Positions 34,354 through 34,883 of a stretch of DNA of 34,883 nt are shown here, in pieces (the stretch's first letter is position 1; every line of letters starts with the position of its first letter). Under the pieces are notes generated by a model that saw only the letters and a list, made by a program, of their open reading frames with translations, searched no databases and had not been told where the DNA came from. The translations under genes and the position numbers were made by a program. The stretch comes from Oligoflexales bacterium (GTDB lineage Bacteria; Bdellovibrionota_B; Oligoflexia; Oligoflexales; CAIYRB01), in NCBI GenBank assembly GCA_041736175.1, contig JBGSUI010000028.1:1-34883 (forward strand), read 5' to 3'.

Positions 34354-34725
34354 ATAAACCCTTTCGTGATCGCAACCTTAATCTATTGTACCTTAACATA
34401 GGGACGAGCCTCTCTGTCAGAGAACAGATGTATCAAAAATCGACTAAAAACAAGATGAGAAAAAACAGTGCTCCGGACCCCCCGACTAGTCGTTTAGCGG
34501 GCAGTCATTTTTTTGGGGGGCGCCCAATCACTTTGGCTTGACGCATACCTGATGTATTCGAAACGGTAAAATTTGGCCTGTCTAACCAAAAAAAATGTCC
34601 TGTAATACAGGGCAGTTGCCAAGGTCTCGGGGAAACTCGGGAAAAACATACCTGCTTTCAGAACGTTATCGAATTGGATTAAAGTATATTTTATGATATA
34701 CCGATAATATAAGGAGTGCGGCTGC

Positions 34726-34883
34726 ATGTTTGATGGCTTTATAGTGCAATTAAGTACCTGGGTGAAAACAAAGCTAGAAGCCCGCGGCCTTACCCAACTC
34801 GAAGTGGAAGAGGTCATCTATTGCGACGACCAACCAACCAAGCAGACTGACCCCAGGCATGTGCCCCCCGAAACCTGGCGTTT
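34726..34883 (+). CDS. Partial ORF resembling BrnT/RelE-like toxins; runs off the window edge
   Basis: RBS AAGGAG; MFDGFIVQLSTWVKTKLEARGLTQLEVEEVIYCDDQPTKQTDPRHVPPETWR. Upstream palindrome GTATAT-N6-ATATAC (34684-34701). Confidence 0.5.
   Translation, partial: MFDGFIVQLSTWVKTKLEARGLTQLEVEEVIYCDDQPTKQTDPRHVPPETWR

Overview
The window looks like a Bdellovibrionota/Oligoflexia-type chromosome (inferred from the many secreted lipoproteins, proteases and sigma54-type promoters). At the left edge is an IscB-family (OMEGA, IS200/IS605) element missed by the ORF track: the 5' part of iscB (361 to the window edge, - strand) plus its omegaRNA scaffold (about 662-380), inserted into an AAA-ATPase gene whose stub supplies the guide. 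Core or ordinary genes include pepQ, fabH-like, fabG, pgeF/yfiH, a TPR response regulator, malQ and an HtrA/Do protease. There is also a surface-glycosylation cluster (HAD-UbiA, GT9, methyltransferase, two GT-C-like membrane proteins), a 5'-truncated IS4 fused to a PD-(D/E)XK remnant, and secreted protease lipoproteins. The most unusual pattern occurs twice: a single AT-richer lipoprotein gene with its own sigma54-type promoter sits between the intact 3' end of the upstream gene and a diverged duplicate of that same 3' end (10351-10533 vs 11577-11772; 25342-25420 vs 26809-26887), with no integrase visible. Other oddities are a divergent RelA/SpoT-like protein, a HEAT-like protein with a HEPN-type RxxxxH motif, an IucA/IucC-like lipoprotein with an overlapping Cys-rich small ORF, and an apparent pseudo-protease. 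All family assignments come from motif recognition by eye; no searches were run.
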